Below are positions 10,189 through 20,921 of a DNA stretch of 64,000 nt, piece after piece. The notes beneath the pieces are model-generated. The model made no database searches. It had not been told where the DNA came from and was given only the letters and a program-made list of their open reading frames with translations. Source of the stretch: Marinicella marina (GTDB taxonomy: Bacteria; Pseudomonadota; Gammaproteobacteria; Xanthomonadales; Marinicellaceae); assembly GCF_026410145.1 (NCBI RefSeq), contig NZ_JAPMLO010000004.1; one strand, 5' to 3'. A program made the translations under genes and the position numbers. Each line of letters starts with the position of its first letter. Position 1 is the stretch's first letter.

Positions 10189-10764
10189 TCAATCAAAACT
10201 ATTGAGGAAAATCACATCACTCTCAGTAATGATTATGGCGCCATCATTACGGACCAAACGATAAAACTCTTGTGAAGACTGGTTACCTCTCGCACCAGAG
10301 AGCACATAGGCTAAAACATAGACTTCACCAACTGGCTCTGTTGGTGGAATCCAAAACAATGTTCTTGAGCCCACATTACCATGGCTGCTGGTATGGGTGG
10401 CTGCCATCATGGCGCTGCCACCACAGTCCCTCACTTCAGTTTCATCATCAAAGTTAAAAGTACCGACTTTCTGGCCTTTGCCATCGACCACTGAGATCAC
10501 AATACCAGTATAAGTGGCTTGATTGCCTGCACCCGTTGCGGTCAGGGTGATCTCGACGTGTTCAAAAACGTTATATTCGGAAACATTCGATGACAATACA
10601 TAGCCTCCGGTATTTTGATTTCTGGTTCTGGATTGCATGCCAGTGATGGTTGAAAAATTGGCAACCACATCACAGGTACCAGCACCACTAGCGAATGCGC
10701 TTGATTCTGAATTCAAAACCCAACAACCCACGACAATCAGTAAAATTTTTATTTGTGTTTTCAT
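10189..10764 (-). CDS. Secreted hypothetical protein (signal peptide; C-terminal DVIFLNSFD tail)
   Basis: N-terminal MKTQIKILLIVVGCWVLNSESSAFA signal. No recognisable catalytic motif. Shares its C-terminal tail with two other secreted proteins in the window. Confidence 0.5.
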   Translation of the reverse strand: MKTQIKILLIVVGCWVLNSESSAFASGAGTCDVVANFSTITGMQSRTRNQNTGGYVLSSNVSEYNVFEHVEITLTATGAGNQATYTGIVISVVDGKGQKVGTFNFDDETEVRDCGGSAMMAATHTSSHGNVGSRTLFWIPPTEPVGEVYVLAYVLSGARGNQSSQEFYRLVRNDGAIIITESDVIFLNSFD

Positions 10765-10987
10765 ACTACCCTCTTTTTAAAGTGTATACATTTTTTAAAC
10801 ATAATAATTCATGCTGGGTAATAATAACAGCATAATAAAACCAACAAATATCTTTCAATTCGAAAACAAATACCGTTAAGCGGAAAATTTAAAGCCCTAT
10901 TTTCTAACTATTACCACAATTCATCAGCATTCTTGGCCACATGCGGCTATAATCGCGCCTGCTTTTTATCTTCAAAAAAAACACCAC

Positions 10988-12589
10988 ATGATCTCTACAG
11001 CTAACATCACCATGCAGTTTGGCTCTAAGCCATTATTTGAAAACATTTCTATTAAGTTTGGTAATGGCAACCGCTATGGCCTAATAGGCGCCAACGGTTG
11101 TGGTAAATCAACCTTTATGAAAATTCTGACCGGTGAACTGGCACCCTCATCAGGTAATGTCAGTTACGACCCCGATGAGCGCATCGGTGTTTTGGGTCAG
11201 GACCAATATGCTTTTGAAGAATTCTCAGTGATTGATACCGTTATCATGGGTCACAAAGAACTGTGGGAAGTCAAAGCAGAACGCGATCGCATATACGCCT
11301 TACCAGAAATGTCAGATGAAGAAGGCATGCTGGTGGGTGAATTAGAAAACACCTTTGCTGAAATGGATGGTTATTCTGCTGAAGCCCGTGCCGGCGAATT
11401 GTTATTGGGTCTGGAAATTCCTGAAGAACAGCATTTTGGCCCCATGTCTGAGGTAGCACCAGGCTGGAAATTACGTGTATTGCTTGCACAAGCTTTATTT
11501 GCTGATCCCGATATTTTACTGTTAGATGAGCCAACAAATAACCTGGACATCAATACCATTCGTTGGTTGGAAGACACCCTGAATGCCAGAAAATCGACCA
11601 TGATCATCATTTCACATGATCGACACTTTTTAAATTCAGTCTGCACACACATGGCAGACCTTGATTATGGTGAGTTGCGCATGTTCCCAGGCAATTACGA
11701 TGAATACATGACAGCAGCGACACAAGCCAGAGAAAAACAATATGCAGAAAATGCCAAGAAGAAAGCCCAAATAGCAGAATTACAAAGCTTTGTTTCAAGG
11801 TTTTCAGCCAACGCTTCTAAAGCCAAGCAAGCTACATCAAGACAAAAACAATTGGATAAAATCCAATTGGAACACATCAAACCTTCCTCTCGAGTGAACC
11901 CTTATATTGTCTTCAAACAAGAGAAAAAATTATTCAGAAATGCAATAAACATCAAAGGCTTAAGCAAGTCTTTTGATAAAAACACTTTGTTTAAAGATGT
12001 CGACTTATTATTAGAGGTGGGCGAACGCTTGGCCGTGATAGGTGCCAATGGCATCGGCAAAACCACATTTTTAAACTGCATCACTGATACCATTTCGCCT
12101 GATTCCGGTGAAGTCAAATGGTCAGAAAATGTTGACATCGCTTATTTCAAACAAGACAACATGGGTGCTTTCAAACAAGACATCACCGCCTACCAATGGA
12201 TGGAACAATTCAAAAAGCCCGAAGACGATGAGCAAGCCATACGCTCGGTGATGGGTCGTATGCTGTTCTCAAAAGAAGACTCAGCGAAGAAAGTCAGTGT
12301 CTTATCAGGTGGTGAGAAAGGCCGTTTGATGTTTGGCAAATTGATGTTGGAAAAACCCAATGTTATTATTATGGATGAACCCACCAACCACTTAGACATG
12401 GAATCTATTGAGTCATTGAATTTGGCCTTGGAAAATTACGATGGCACGCTGATATTTGTCTCACATGATCGCCAATTTGTTTCATCTATCGCTACCCGTG
12501 TGATGGAATTACTGCCTCATGAAGTGGTTGATTTCAGGGGCACTTACAGTGATTACTTGGAAAGACAAGGCATTAAAGAAGCTTCATAA
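10988..12589 (+). CDS. ABC-F family ATPase (YbiT-like, two ABC cassettes, no TM domain)
   Basis: Two Walker A motifs (GANGCGKST and GANGIGKTT), two LSGGE signatures. 533 aa matches YbiT/EttA-class proteins. Confidence 0.85.
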   Translation: MISTANITMQFGSKPLFENISIKFGNGNRYGLIGANGCGKSTFMKILTGELAPSSGNVSYDPDERIGVLGQDQYAFEEFSVIDTVIMGHKELWEVKAERDRIYALPEMSDEEGMLVGELENTFAEMDGYSAEARAGELLLGLEIPEEQHFGPMSEVAPGWKLRVLLAQALFADPDILLLDEPTNNLDINTIRWLEDTLNARKSTMIIISHDRHFLNSVCTHMADLDYGELRMFPGNYDEYMTAATQAREKQYAENAKKKAQIAELQSFVSRFSANASKAKQATSRQKQLDKIQLEHIKPSSRVNPYIVFKQEKKLFRNAINIKGLSKSFDKNTLFKDVDLLLEVGERLAVIGANGIGKTTFLNCITDTISPDSGEVKWSENVDIAYFKQDNMGAFKQDITAYQWMEQFKKPEDDEQAIRSVMGRMLFSKEDSAKKVSVLSGGEKGRLMFGKLMLEKPNVIIMDEPTNHLDMESIESLNLALENYDGTLIFVSHDRQFVSSIATRVMELLPHEVVDFRGTYSDYLERQGIKEAS

Positions 12590-12647
12590 ATAAACGATAT
12601 GTATGAATTGATGCTAAAGTAACAACAGCCAAAAAATACAAGTATTT

Positions 12648-14834
12648 ATGGAAATAAAAGTCAACTACCTCGACAACCTGCGCTTAGAAGCTCTATTTGA
12701 TGACTTCAATGTAGTCTCTGACCAGCCCATCAGATACAAAGGCGATGGATCAGCACCTGGGCCATTTGACTATTTTTTGGCCTCCTCGGCCTTGTGTGCG
12801 GCTTATTTTGTTAAGGTTTATTGTAACGCCCGTGACATCCCCACAGATAACATTCGATTGTCACAAAACAACATCGTAGATCCTGAGAATCGATACAATC
12901 AAGTCTTCAAAATTCAAGTTGAATTACCAGAGGACATTTCTGATAAAGACCGCAAAGGCATTCTGCGTTCAATTGATCGCTGTACAGTTAAAAAAGTGGT
13001 ACAAAGCGGTCCGGATTTTCAAGTTGAGCTGGTTGACTCTTTAGCAGATGACACCGATGCCATGCTGATGGTGGATGTAGATCAAGCGAACGAGACTTTT
13101 ATACTGGGTAAAGACCTCCCTCTAGAACAAACCATAGCGAATATGACCTCACTGCTGGCTGGTTTGGGCATTAAAATCGAGGTGGCCTCATGGCGCAATA
13201 TTGTACCCAATGTGTGGTCATTGAATATCCGTGATGCCGCATCGCCGATGTGTTTCACCAACGGCAAAGGCGCCAGCAAAGAATCAGCCTTATGCTCTGC
13301 TTTGGGCGAGTATATTGAGCGTTTAAGCTGTAATTTCTTTTACAATGACCAGTACTTTGGACCTGAAATTGCTGGCAGCGAATTCGTTCACTACCCCAAC
13401 GAAAAATGGTTCCCACTCAACGCTGATGACAGCTTACCTGTAGACCTCTTGGATTCACACACGCTGGCTATCTACAATGAAGATGGAGAACTCAAAGGCT
13501 CGCATTTAATAGACACCAATTCGGGCATGAAAGAACGCGGTATTTGTTGTATCCCCTATATCAGGCAATCAGATGCTACCACCGTCTACTTTCCCTCGAA
13601 CTTAATTGAAAACGTGTTCCTCAGTAATGGCATGAGTGCAGGTAACACCCTGCCCGAGGCGGAGGTTCAATGTTTATCTGAAATTTTCGAACGTGCCGTA
13701 AAAAAACAAATCATTGAAGAAGAAATTGTGTTACCTGATGTTCCTGAATCAGTGCTTGAGCAATACCCGAGCATTCTGGCAGGCATTAAAGCACTTGAGG
13801 CTCAGGGGTTTCCGCTGGTCATCAAAGATGCATCATTAGGCGGTAAGTTTCCAGTGATGTGTGTCACCTTGATGAATCCCAAAACCGGCGGTGTATTTGC
13901 TTCGTTTGGCGCACACCCAAGTTTTGAAGTGGCTTTAGAGCGCAGTTTAACGGAATTACTTCAAGGCCGCAGCTTTGAGGGCTTGAATGATGTGCCTCTG
14001 CCTACCTTTAACTCATTGGCAGTGCAAGAACCAGAAAATTTTGTCGAACATTTCATTGATTCCACTGGGGTTATTTCGTGGCGTTTTTTCAGTGCCAACA
14101 GTGAATACGACTTCAATCATTGGGATTTCAGTGGTTCCACCAAAGTAGAACGTGATTTTTTGCTGAGTTTACTACACGATATGGGTCATGAAGTTTATGT
14201 TGCGGTTTTTGACCAATTAGGTGCCAATGCCTGTCGCATTTTGGTACCGGGTTATTCAGAGGTCTATCCTATAGAAGATTTGATTTGGGATAACACCAAT
14301 AAAGCACTGGATTACCGTGAAGACATATTGAACATCCACCGCCTTGATGACACCAATTTAGTTAATTTGGTTGATCGATTAGAGGACAGCCAACTTGATA
14401 ACCACACAGAAATCATCACTTTGATTGGGATTGAATTTGATGAGAATACAGTCTGGGGACAATTGACCGTTTTGGAGTTAAAAATTCTGATTTACCTGGC
14501 CCTTGGTGAACACGAGGATGCTTTGGATTTGGTTGAAGAGTTTCTGCAATACAACATCAACACACGAGAACGTAATTTGTTTTATCAGGCCATGCAAGCC
14601 GTGCTTGAAATTACTTTAGATGAAGATCTGCAATTGGCTGATTTTGAAAACAATCTTACTCGCATGTTTGGCGATGCTGTGATGCGCCGTGTGATTGGCT
14701 CAGTTCAGGGCTCAGTGAAGTTCGATGGTTTAACTGAAACCAACATGAACTTAGATGGCTTGGACAAACACCAGCGGTTGTTAGACAGTTACCATAAAAT
14801 TCACCTAGCCAGGAAAAACAACATCACTGATTGA
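12648..14834 (+). CDS. OsmC domain / YcaO domain fusion protein
   Basis: N-terminal 130 aa are OsmC/Ohr-like (GPFDYFLASSALCAAYF). From about residue 190 the YcaO core follows: FTNGKGASKESALCSALGEYIERLS and ExxER-type ATP-binding residues. C-terminal TPR-like helical region as in E. coli YcaO. Confidence 0.75.
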   Translation: MEIKVNYLDNLRLEALFDDFNVVSDQPIRYKGDGSAPGPFDYFLASSALCAAYFVKVYCNARDIPTDNIRLSQNNIVDPENRYNQVFKIQVELPEDISDKDRKGILRSIDRCTVKKVVQSGPDFQVELVDSLADDTDAMLMVDVDQANETFILGKDLPLEQTIANMTSLLAGLGIKIEVASWRNIVPNVWSLNIRDAASPMCFTNGKGASKESALCSALGEYIERLSCNFFYNDQYFGPEIAGSEFVHYPNEKWFPLNADDSLPVDLLDSHTLAIYNEDGELKGSHLIDTNSGMKERGICCIPYIRQSDATTVYFPSNLIENVFLSNGMSAGNTLPEAEVQCLSEIFERAVKKQIIEEEIVLPDVPESVLEQYPSILAGIKALEAQGFPLVIKDASLGGKFPVMCVTLMNPKTGGVFASFGAHPSFEVALERSLTELLQGRSFEGLNDVPLPTFNSLAVQEPENFVEHFIDSTGVISWRFFSANSEYDFNHWDFSGSTKVERDFLLSLLHDMGHEVYVAVFDQLGANACRILVPGYSEVYPIEDLIWDNTNKALDYREDILNIHRLDDTNLVNLVDRLEDSQLDNHTEIITLIGIEFDENTVWGQLTVLELKILIYLALGEHEDALDLVEEFLQYNINTRERNLFYQAMQAVLEITLDEDLQLADFENNLTRMFGDAVMRRVIGSVQGSVKFDGLTETNMNLDGLDKHQRLLDSYHKIHLARKNNITD

Positions 14835-14904
14835 TTCACTGTGAAACCCTTCCAACACAAATTAACGGGGATTCAAAATAACTGTTTCTTTGAGTCTATC
14901 AGTT

Positions 14905-15684
14905 TCACTTGTAAATTAATTTTTCGATGAATTTAGGATTGAATAATTGCCATTCACCGTCCTTTTGAGCCAAACGATCAGCCAAAGCCCACATCACCGC
15001 TGGGTGATGCCCATAGCCCATATGGCTACAAACCACTTCGATATTCTGGGTAAACTTGGACTCTTGTTCTAAACAACACTGCCACGCTGTGATGCCATCT
15101 GATTTGGAATAAAAAGAGGTACTGGGCACCGGTGGCGGAGTCGGCATGTTCTTAATTAATTTGGGACACATATCAGATAATTTATAACCACTGGTTTTTT
15201 CAAAAATCTTGGTGGCATGATTTGCCCTTTGGTTGTTACAAAAAGGTGATCCCATGCTCACCACTTGACGCACCATTTCTGGATGCACTCGGGCCAATTC
15301 ACGGGCATAAATACCACCCAATGACCACCCAATCACAGTCACTTTTTCTGCGTGCCATTGGTGAATGTCTTGCAATCGCCTGATGATGGCAGGACCACAG
15401 GCAGTCAGGGGATCACTGTGACGTCCCATGTTGCGGCCCAATGACCAGCCATAGGCCTTGTAGTTTCGGCTATTGAGAAATGTTCTTAATAGTTTGGTAG
15501 AAAAATCAGAGGCCAAAAAGCCAGGTAATACCAACACCGGATGACCGTCACCTTTGGGTGCGGCTTGCAGCCAAGGATAACTCAAAGCAAATGAGCCCGC
15601 TTCGAAAAAGGTGCGGACTTCTAAGGCCATTTTGAACAGTGAAGGTCGGTGTAAATGTGAATTGAACGAAGTTGGTAAGGTCAT
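14905..15684 (-). CDS. Alpha/beta-fold hydrolase (lipase/esterase-like), translationally coupled to upstream WS/DGAT
   Basis: GWSLGG nucleophile elbow. Its ATG overlaps the TGA of 15681..17174 (ATGA). Confidence 0.7.
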   Translation of the reverse strand: MTLPTSFNSHLHRPSLFKMALEVRTFFEAGSFALSYPWLQAAPKGDGHPVLVLPGFLASDFSTKLLRTFLNSRNYKAYGWSLGRNMGRHSDPLTACGPAIIRRLQDIHQWHAEKVTVIGWSLGGIYARELARVHPEMVRQVVSMGSPFCNNQRANHATKIFEKTSGYKLSDMCPKLIKNMPTPPPVPSTSFYSKSDGITAWQCCLEQESKFTQNIEVVCSHMGYGHHPAVMWALADRLAQKDGEWQLFNPKFIEKLIYK

Positions 15685-17174
15685 TTTTTTGGACTTTTAT
15701 TCTTTGGTTTGGCTTTTTTCTTGCTTCTTTTACTTCCTTTTTTAAGCGACAACGCCTGTAAATTTGCCTCTAATTCATTGGCAGATTCACGGATGTACTG
15801 AGTAAACAAATCAACATCTGGCATTACATTGGCAGCCACCGTTGGGCTGATTGACAGTGTGCCGTTGTAGCTTAATACTGGCATAATCAAACCCATGCCG
15901 TCAAACACTGGTGCCATACCCATATTGGCTAACATTTTATGACCATTCATATACAGCGGTATCTGAGGTCCAGGTACATTGGTAATAATTAGATTAAAAA
16001 ATGGCCGGTGGTGGTTACTGACATTCATGCGAGTGTACATGCGGGTGGCTGCAGACCCCAATGCAAATGGAATGAATTCGGTATAGTCAATCAGTTGTTT
16101 GGCGCCAATAGCATTTTGATAAGCTTTACCTTGGTCCGTGTGCTGATGTACTTTTTGCAGTTGTTTGACCGGATCTGCTTCGGTTGTTGGTAGTTGCACC
16201 AGCATGGCTGACACTTGGTTACCCATATCATCCTGTTCTCCTTCAGTTCGGGTAGAAACTGGAATCATGGCTACCAGTGGCTTTTCTGGCAGCGCGTCTT
16301 TTTCATGCAGGTAACGACGCAAGGCACCCGTGCATATGGTCAAAACCACGTCATTAAGGGTGGCGCCTTTGGCCCCCACCCTCAAATCTTTGACCCGTTG
16401 TAAATCCAACAGCGTACTGTTCCAAAGCCGTTTAGAGGTGACAGGTTGATTCAATATGCTGGGTGGTGCGTTAAGAATAGACCTGGGTATTTCTTTGGAT
16501 TGAACCCGCGACAACCGCCCTGCTTTCCAAGTGGACTTAGCGGTCTCAAGCAAAAGTCCTGGCAGTTTGAAAGGTCGCTTGATGTAATTCATCGCACTGC
16601 GTCTGATCAGCGTGAAGTCACCTGGAAGTGCTTCAGCATCTGGTAAGGGCATGGCTGGAATTTTACGCGGCTTTTCAGTCACATCAAATAACAAGCCCAT
16701 AATGGCTGCGCCTGACGCACCATCAATGGCGGCATGATGAATTTTACTGATAACAGCAACCGACCCCTTAGGTACCTGAGAAATTTGATCTAAGCCTTCA
16801 ACAAAAACAAACTCCCACAAAGGCCTATTGCGGTCTAATTTCTGCGCAAAAATACGCGATGCTAATTTACGCAAGGCCTGCCAGTCACCAGGTCTTGGTA
16901 GAGCGGTATGGTGCAGATGCATATCAATGTCAAAGTTTGGGTCATCCACCCAATAAGGGTGATCAATGCTCATAGGGACTTGAACCAAACGCTGGAAAAG
17001 TCGCGGTGCCAATGGCAGTCGTTCAAGCAAAAAACTTTTGAAGTCCTCAAAAGACAAAGAACCCTCATAAACATTAACACTGCCCACATGCATGGGCTGG
17101 GTGTCAGTTTCAAGGTATAAAAAAGATGAATCTAGACCGCTCAGGGGTTGCATAATATTTAGGGTCAAAAACAA
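15681..17174 (-). CDS. Wax ester synthase / acyl-CoA:diacylglycerol acyltransferase (WS/DGAT) with Lys-rich C-terminal tail
   Basis: Catalytic HHxxxDG motif (KIHHAAIDGASG). About 460-aa WS/DGAT core, then the tail KKGSKRSKKKAKPKNKSPKK. Confidence 0.8.
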   Translation of the reverse strand: MFLTLNIMQPLSGLDSSFLYLETDTQPMHVGSVNVYEGSLSFEDFKSFLLERLPLAPRLFQRLVQVPMSIDHPYWVDDPNFDIDMHLHHTALPRPGDWQALRKLASRIFAQKLDRNRPLWEFVFVEGLDQISQVPKGSVAVISKIHHAAIDGASGAAIMGLLFDVTEKPRKIPAMPLPDAEALPGDFTLIRRSAMNYIKRPFKLPGLLLETAKSTWKAGRLSRVQSKEIPRSILNAPPSILNQPVTSKRLWNSTLLDLQRVKDLRVGAKGATLNDVVLTICTGALRRYLHEKDALPEKPLVAMIPVSTRTEGEQDDMGNQVSAMLVQLPTTEADPVKQLQKVHQHTDQGKAYQNAIGAKQLIDYTEFIPFALGSAATRMYTRMNVSNHHRPFFNLIITNVPGPQIPLYMNGHKMLANMGMAPVFDGMGLIMPVLSYNGTLSISPTVAANVMPDVDLFTQYIRESANELEANLQALSLKKGSKRSKKKAKPKNKSPKK

Positions 17175-17233
17175 ACATCATAGCAGAAATTGAGTTAAAC
17201 TCTCACTGTTGGAAACAGATTCGGGGGAATCAG

Positions 17234-17686
17234 ATGCAAAAGGTCCATGTCACAGTCAATTTTAATCAAGATCTAAAAACCGTGTTCAATGCCATTGTCG
17301 ATCACCGCAGCTTTTTATCTGGTGGGGGCCTGACATGTCGTTTGACTCAAGATGGGAAACCCCATAAAAATGGCCAAGGAGCCATCCGCAAAATTCGTAC
17401 CAAAAAATACACCCTAACTGAAAAAATCACCGCTTATGAACACTTGAAAAGCTATGATTATCTGATTACAGACATTGCTCCAAAAGTCAACTTTACCCAC
17501 CACAATGGCTGGATTGAATTCACACCTGTAGATGATCACATCCGTGTTGATTGGCACTCTCACTTCACTTTCAATACCCCAATTATAGGACGTATGATTG
17601 GGTATTTTGTACAACAACAAACCGCAAAAATATTCTTACAACGACTTAATTACGTGCGGAACAACCTGTCGAAAGTCAAACTATGA
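17234..17686 (+). CDS. SRPBCC (polyketide cyclase/START-like) family protein
   Basis: 150-aa, mixed alpha/beta pattern. Weak call. Confidence 0.4.
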   Translation: MQKVHVTVNFNQDLKTVFNAIVDHRSFLSGGGLTCRLTQDGKPHKNGQGAIRKIRTKKYTLTEKITAYEHLKSYDYLITDIAPKVNFTHHNGWIEFTPVDDHIRVDWHSHFTFNTPIIGRMIGYFVQQQTAKIFLQRLNYVRNNLSKVKL

Positions 17687-18039
17687 TAATTAAATCTGCT
17701 TGGTTCACACTGGGAATTTTCAGTCTGGCCTTGGGTATACTTGGAGTGTTTCTACCATTATTACCAACCACGCCATTTATTCTATTAGCAGCGGCAGCAT
17801 TTGCAAAATCCTCACCCAGGTTACATGATTGGCTGTTGAATCATCGTAATTTTGGCAAACTAATAAGGAACTGGCAAGACGGCGGTAGGATCGATCGTCG
17901 CAGCAAGGTTGTGGCCGTTATTGTTTTGTCTGCTATGCCACCTTTGAGTTATGCCCTGGGTGCGCCTGTTTGGGCCATAGGCGCACAATTGCTGGTATTG
18001 ATTTTGGTGGCTGTGTTTATTCTGTCACGTCCCTCTTAA
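17683..18039 (+). CDS. YbaN family (DUF454) inner-membrane protein
   Basis: LPLLPTTPFILLAAAAF plus two further TM segments. Overlaps the upstream gene by 4 bp. Confidence 0.7.
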   Translation: MIIKSAWFTLGIFSLALGILGVFLPLLPTTPFILLAAAAFAKSSPRLHDWLLNHRNFGKLIRNWQDGGRIDRRSKVVAVIVLSAMPPLSYALGAPVWAIGAQLLVLILVAVFILSRPS

Positions 18040-19651
18040 AGATTTTAACGCCACCCACCCAGGTTTCTAAAACTTCAGTTTTCCAAATTTCTGCAGGGTC
18101 AACTACAAAAATGTCTTGATTAACCACAATAAAATCTGCCTGTTTTCCCACTTCCAATGAACCTGAGAAATCCTCTGCATGCGCTGCAAAGGCCGCATTG
18201 ATGGTGAAGGATTGCAAAGCTTGTTCTACTGACATGGCTTGATCTTTGTACCAACCACCCGGTGGTTGGTTTTGGTGGTTTTGACGGGTGACAGCTGCGT
18301 GTAAACCATGAAAGGGGTTAATTAATTCAACCGGAAAATCTGAACCAGAAGCCACCACCACCCCGGCATCGAATAACTTCTGCCAGGCATAGGCTCCTTT
18401 GATTCGCTCACTGCCAACCCGATCTTCAGCCATGTTCATGTCCGAGGTGGCATGTGTGGGCTGCATCGAGGCGATTAGACCATGTTGTTTGAATTTGATG
18501 ATATCATCCAAGCGTAAAATCTGCGCGTGTTCAACACGGTGTCTTAATTGTGAGGTTTGCATGCCATTTCTGATTAACAAATCAATCACCTCGGTATTGC
18601 CTCGGTCACCAATGGCGTGAACATTGGCTTGGAAATCAGCTTTGATCACAGCATCCAGTTTGTTTTGTATTTGTTCTGGCGTTTGCACATAGGCACCTTG
18701 CATTTCTGGTTTGTCAGAATAAGGCTCATGCATCATCGCACCATAACTGCCCAATGCACCATCAATCATCAACTTAACTGAACGAATGATGAAATGATTT
18801 TCTATGTTCAGTTGACCTTTTGCCAACAGTTTTTCATAGGTTTCAGCACCACTGGCCAACATGGCATAAACTCGAATAGGTAAATTGTTATCAGTCGCTA
18901 GATCGGTAAAAATTTCATAACTGTCCTGCCCAATGCCGGCATCATGCACAAAGGTTAAACCAACTGATGCCAAGTCTTTCAGTGCCAAATCCATGGCTTT
19001 GCGTTTCATTTCGGTAGAGACATTGGGAATGTGTTTTTTGACCTTGTACATCGCATTATCAATTAAAATGCCAGTTGGCAGACCTTCTGAGTCTTTAAGA
19101 ATCAAATCATCGCCTTTGGCCGATTCGCGGGTGATACCAGCTATTTCCAGTGCTTTGGAATTAGCCCATCCAGCATGACCATCAACTCGTTCCAACCATA
19201 TCGGCTTGTCTTTAGAAATTTCATCCAAATCATAACGACTGGGAAAAGCCTTACCTGCCCACAATACCTGATTCCAACCCCGTCCCAGTATCCAAGGATA
19301 TTCTGGGTTTTTATTGGCGTAGTCACCGGTGGTCTTTATGGTACCTGACAGGCTTTTAATGCCTTGGACATTGACCAATAATTGCGACAAGCCATATTCC
19401 AAGATGTGGCCATGGGCATCATGCAGACCAGGTAACACTGCTTTGCCTTGACCATTTATTGTTACGGCGTCTTTGAGGTTATCTGGATTAATCTCTAACA
19501 ATTGACCCGTATCTGTATCGAATAACAACGCATTAAATTCTTCTAATTGTTGGCCATTGTGGCTGTATGCCTTGATGTTTTTCAGATGAATCACTTCTGC
19601 TTGAGTTGAAAGACAGAAAATCAGCGCCAAAAGTGTGGGTATTTTATGCAT
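18017..19651 (-). CDS. Amidohydrolase-family metal-dependent hydrolase (YtcJ-like), secreted
   Basis: Signal peptide. HDAHGH metal-binding motif near the N-terminus, C-terminal DxH region, 544 aa. Confidence 0.75.
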   Translation of the reverse strand: MHKIPTLLALIFCLSTQAEVIHLKNIKAYSHNGQQLEEFNALLFDTDTGQLLEINPDNLKDAVTINGQGKAVLPGLHDAHGHILEYGLSQLLVNVQGIKSLSGTIKTTGDYANKNPEYPWILGRGWNQVLWAGKAFPSRYDLDEISKDKPIWLERVDGHAGWANSKALEIAGITRESAKGDDLILKDSEGLPTGILIDNAMYKVKKHIPNVSTEMKRKAMDLALKDLASVGLTFVHDAGIGQDSYEIFTDLATDNNLPIRVYAMLASGAETYEKLLAKGQLNIENHFIIRSVKLMIDGALGSYGAMMHEPYSDKPEMQGAYVQTPEQIQNKLDAVIKADFQANVHAIGDRGNTEVIDLLIRNGMQTSQLRHRVEHAQILRLDDIIKFKQHGLIASMQPTHATSDMNMAEDRVGSERIKGAYAWQKLFDAGVVVASGSDFPVELINPFHGLHAAVTRQNHQNQPPGGWYKDQAMSVEQALQSFTINAAFAAHAEDFSGSLEVGKQADFIVVNQDIFVVDPAEIWKTEVLETWVGGVKIFKRDVTE

Positions 19652-19781
19652 AGTTACTTCCTCAGATTATTTTTTTGTCACATTCTAACACCTGCTATTG
19701 GTTTTTTTCTTATGACATCTACATCTTGTTCACGTCATTGATTTAAAATGATTTATTATTTTGTATATGTGGGAATCAAAA

Positions 19782-20903
19782 ATGAAGGCAACTACCTTTT
19801 TAATCACAGCCATCTTCGCAGCATCTAATGTCTATGCAGCGCACCATGCGGACCATTCAGCCTCTCATGCCATTAAAGTCAGCACTTATGCTGAGGGTTT
19901 GAATCAACCTTGGGGCATGACATTCTTGCCTGATGGTCGTTTGTTGGTTACCGAAAAACAAGGCAACCTCAGAATAGTTGCTAAAGACGGTAAAGTTTCC
20001 CCGCCATTGACTGGTTTGCCAGAAGTCGACACCAATGGTCAAGGCGGCTTGTTGGATGTGGTACTTGACCCTGATTTTGAGAATAACCAAATGGTTTATT
20101 TTTCATACGCCAAATCGGCGACAGGTGGACAAGCCAGAACAGCTGTTGGCAAAGGCAAACTGGTCAAAAATGGACTGCAAAATGTTACAAGCATTTGGCA
20201 ACAAGCACAGCCTTTCAAAGCCGGTTATCACTATGGATCACGTCTGGTATTTGACCGGACCGGGCACTTATTTGTCACCTTAGGTGATCGTGGCAACCGC
20301 GATAATGTGCAAGACCTGAGTAATCATTTTGGCAAAGTGGTGCGCATTGACACCGATGGCAAGCCAGCAGCTGACAACCCATACCTTAACAAGCCCAATG
20401 TCTTGCCGGACATTTACAGCTCGGGTCACCGCAACATTCAAGGTGCTTTCCTGCATCCGGAGACAGGTGCGCTGTGGGGCAACGAACACGGCCCGCGCGG
20501 TGGTGATGAAATTAACTTAATCCAAGCCGGTAATAACTACGGCTGGCCAACCATCACCTTCGGCATCAATTACAGCGGCACACCCATCACCGATAAAACA
20601 GCGATGGAGGGCATGCAACAGCCTTTGCATTATTGGGACCCGTCCATCGCCACATCTGGCATGCTCATCTACACAGGTGATGCCTTCCCAAATTGGCAGG
20701 GTGATGTCTTCACTGGTGCTTTGAAATTGATGCATTTGAATCGGGTAAAATTTGATGACAACAATAAAGTGGTCACAGAAGAACGTTTATTAAAAGATCA
20801 AAATCAACGCATCAGAGCCATCGAACAAGGCCCAGCAGGACACATTTATGTGGCCACCGACAACCCTGAGGGCAAAATCCTCAAAATATCACCAGCCCAG
20901 TAA
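19782..20903 (+). CDS. PQQ-dependent soluble sugar (aldose) dehydrogenase, YliI/Asd-like
   Basis: Signal peptide MKATTFLITAIFAASNVYA. NQPWGMTFLPDGRLLVTEKQGNLRIV and HRN..G motifs of the glucose/sorbosone dehydrogenase beta-propeller. The ORF track starts at 19761; the Met at 19782 is preferred. Confidence 0.8.
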   Translation: MKATTFLITAIFAASNVYAAHHADHSASHAIKVSTYAEGLNQPWGMTFLPDGRLLVTEKQGNLRIVAKDGKVSPPLTGLPEVDTNGQGGLLDVVLDPDFENNQMVYFSYAKSATGGQARTAVGKGKLVKNGLQNVTSIWQQAQPFKAGYHYGSRLVFDRTGHLFVTLGDRGNRDNVQDLSNHFGKVVRIDTDGKPAADNPYLNKPNVLPDIYSSGHRNIQGAFLHPETGALWGNEHGPRGGDEINLIQAGNNYGWPTITFGINYSGTPITDKTAMEGMQQPLHYWDPSIATSGMLIYTGDAFPNWQGDVFTGALKLMHLNRVKFDDNNKVVTEERLLKDQNQRIRAIEQGPAGHIYVATDNPEGKILKISPAQ

Positions 20904-20921
20904 TAGTAAATACCTGACAAC

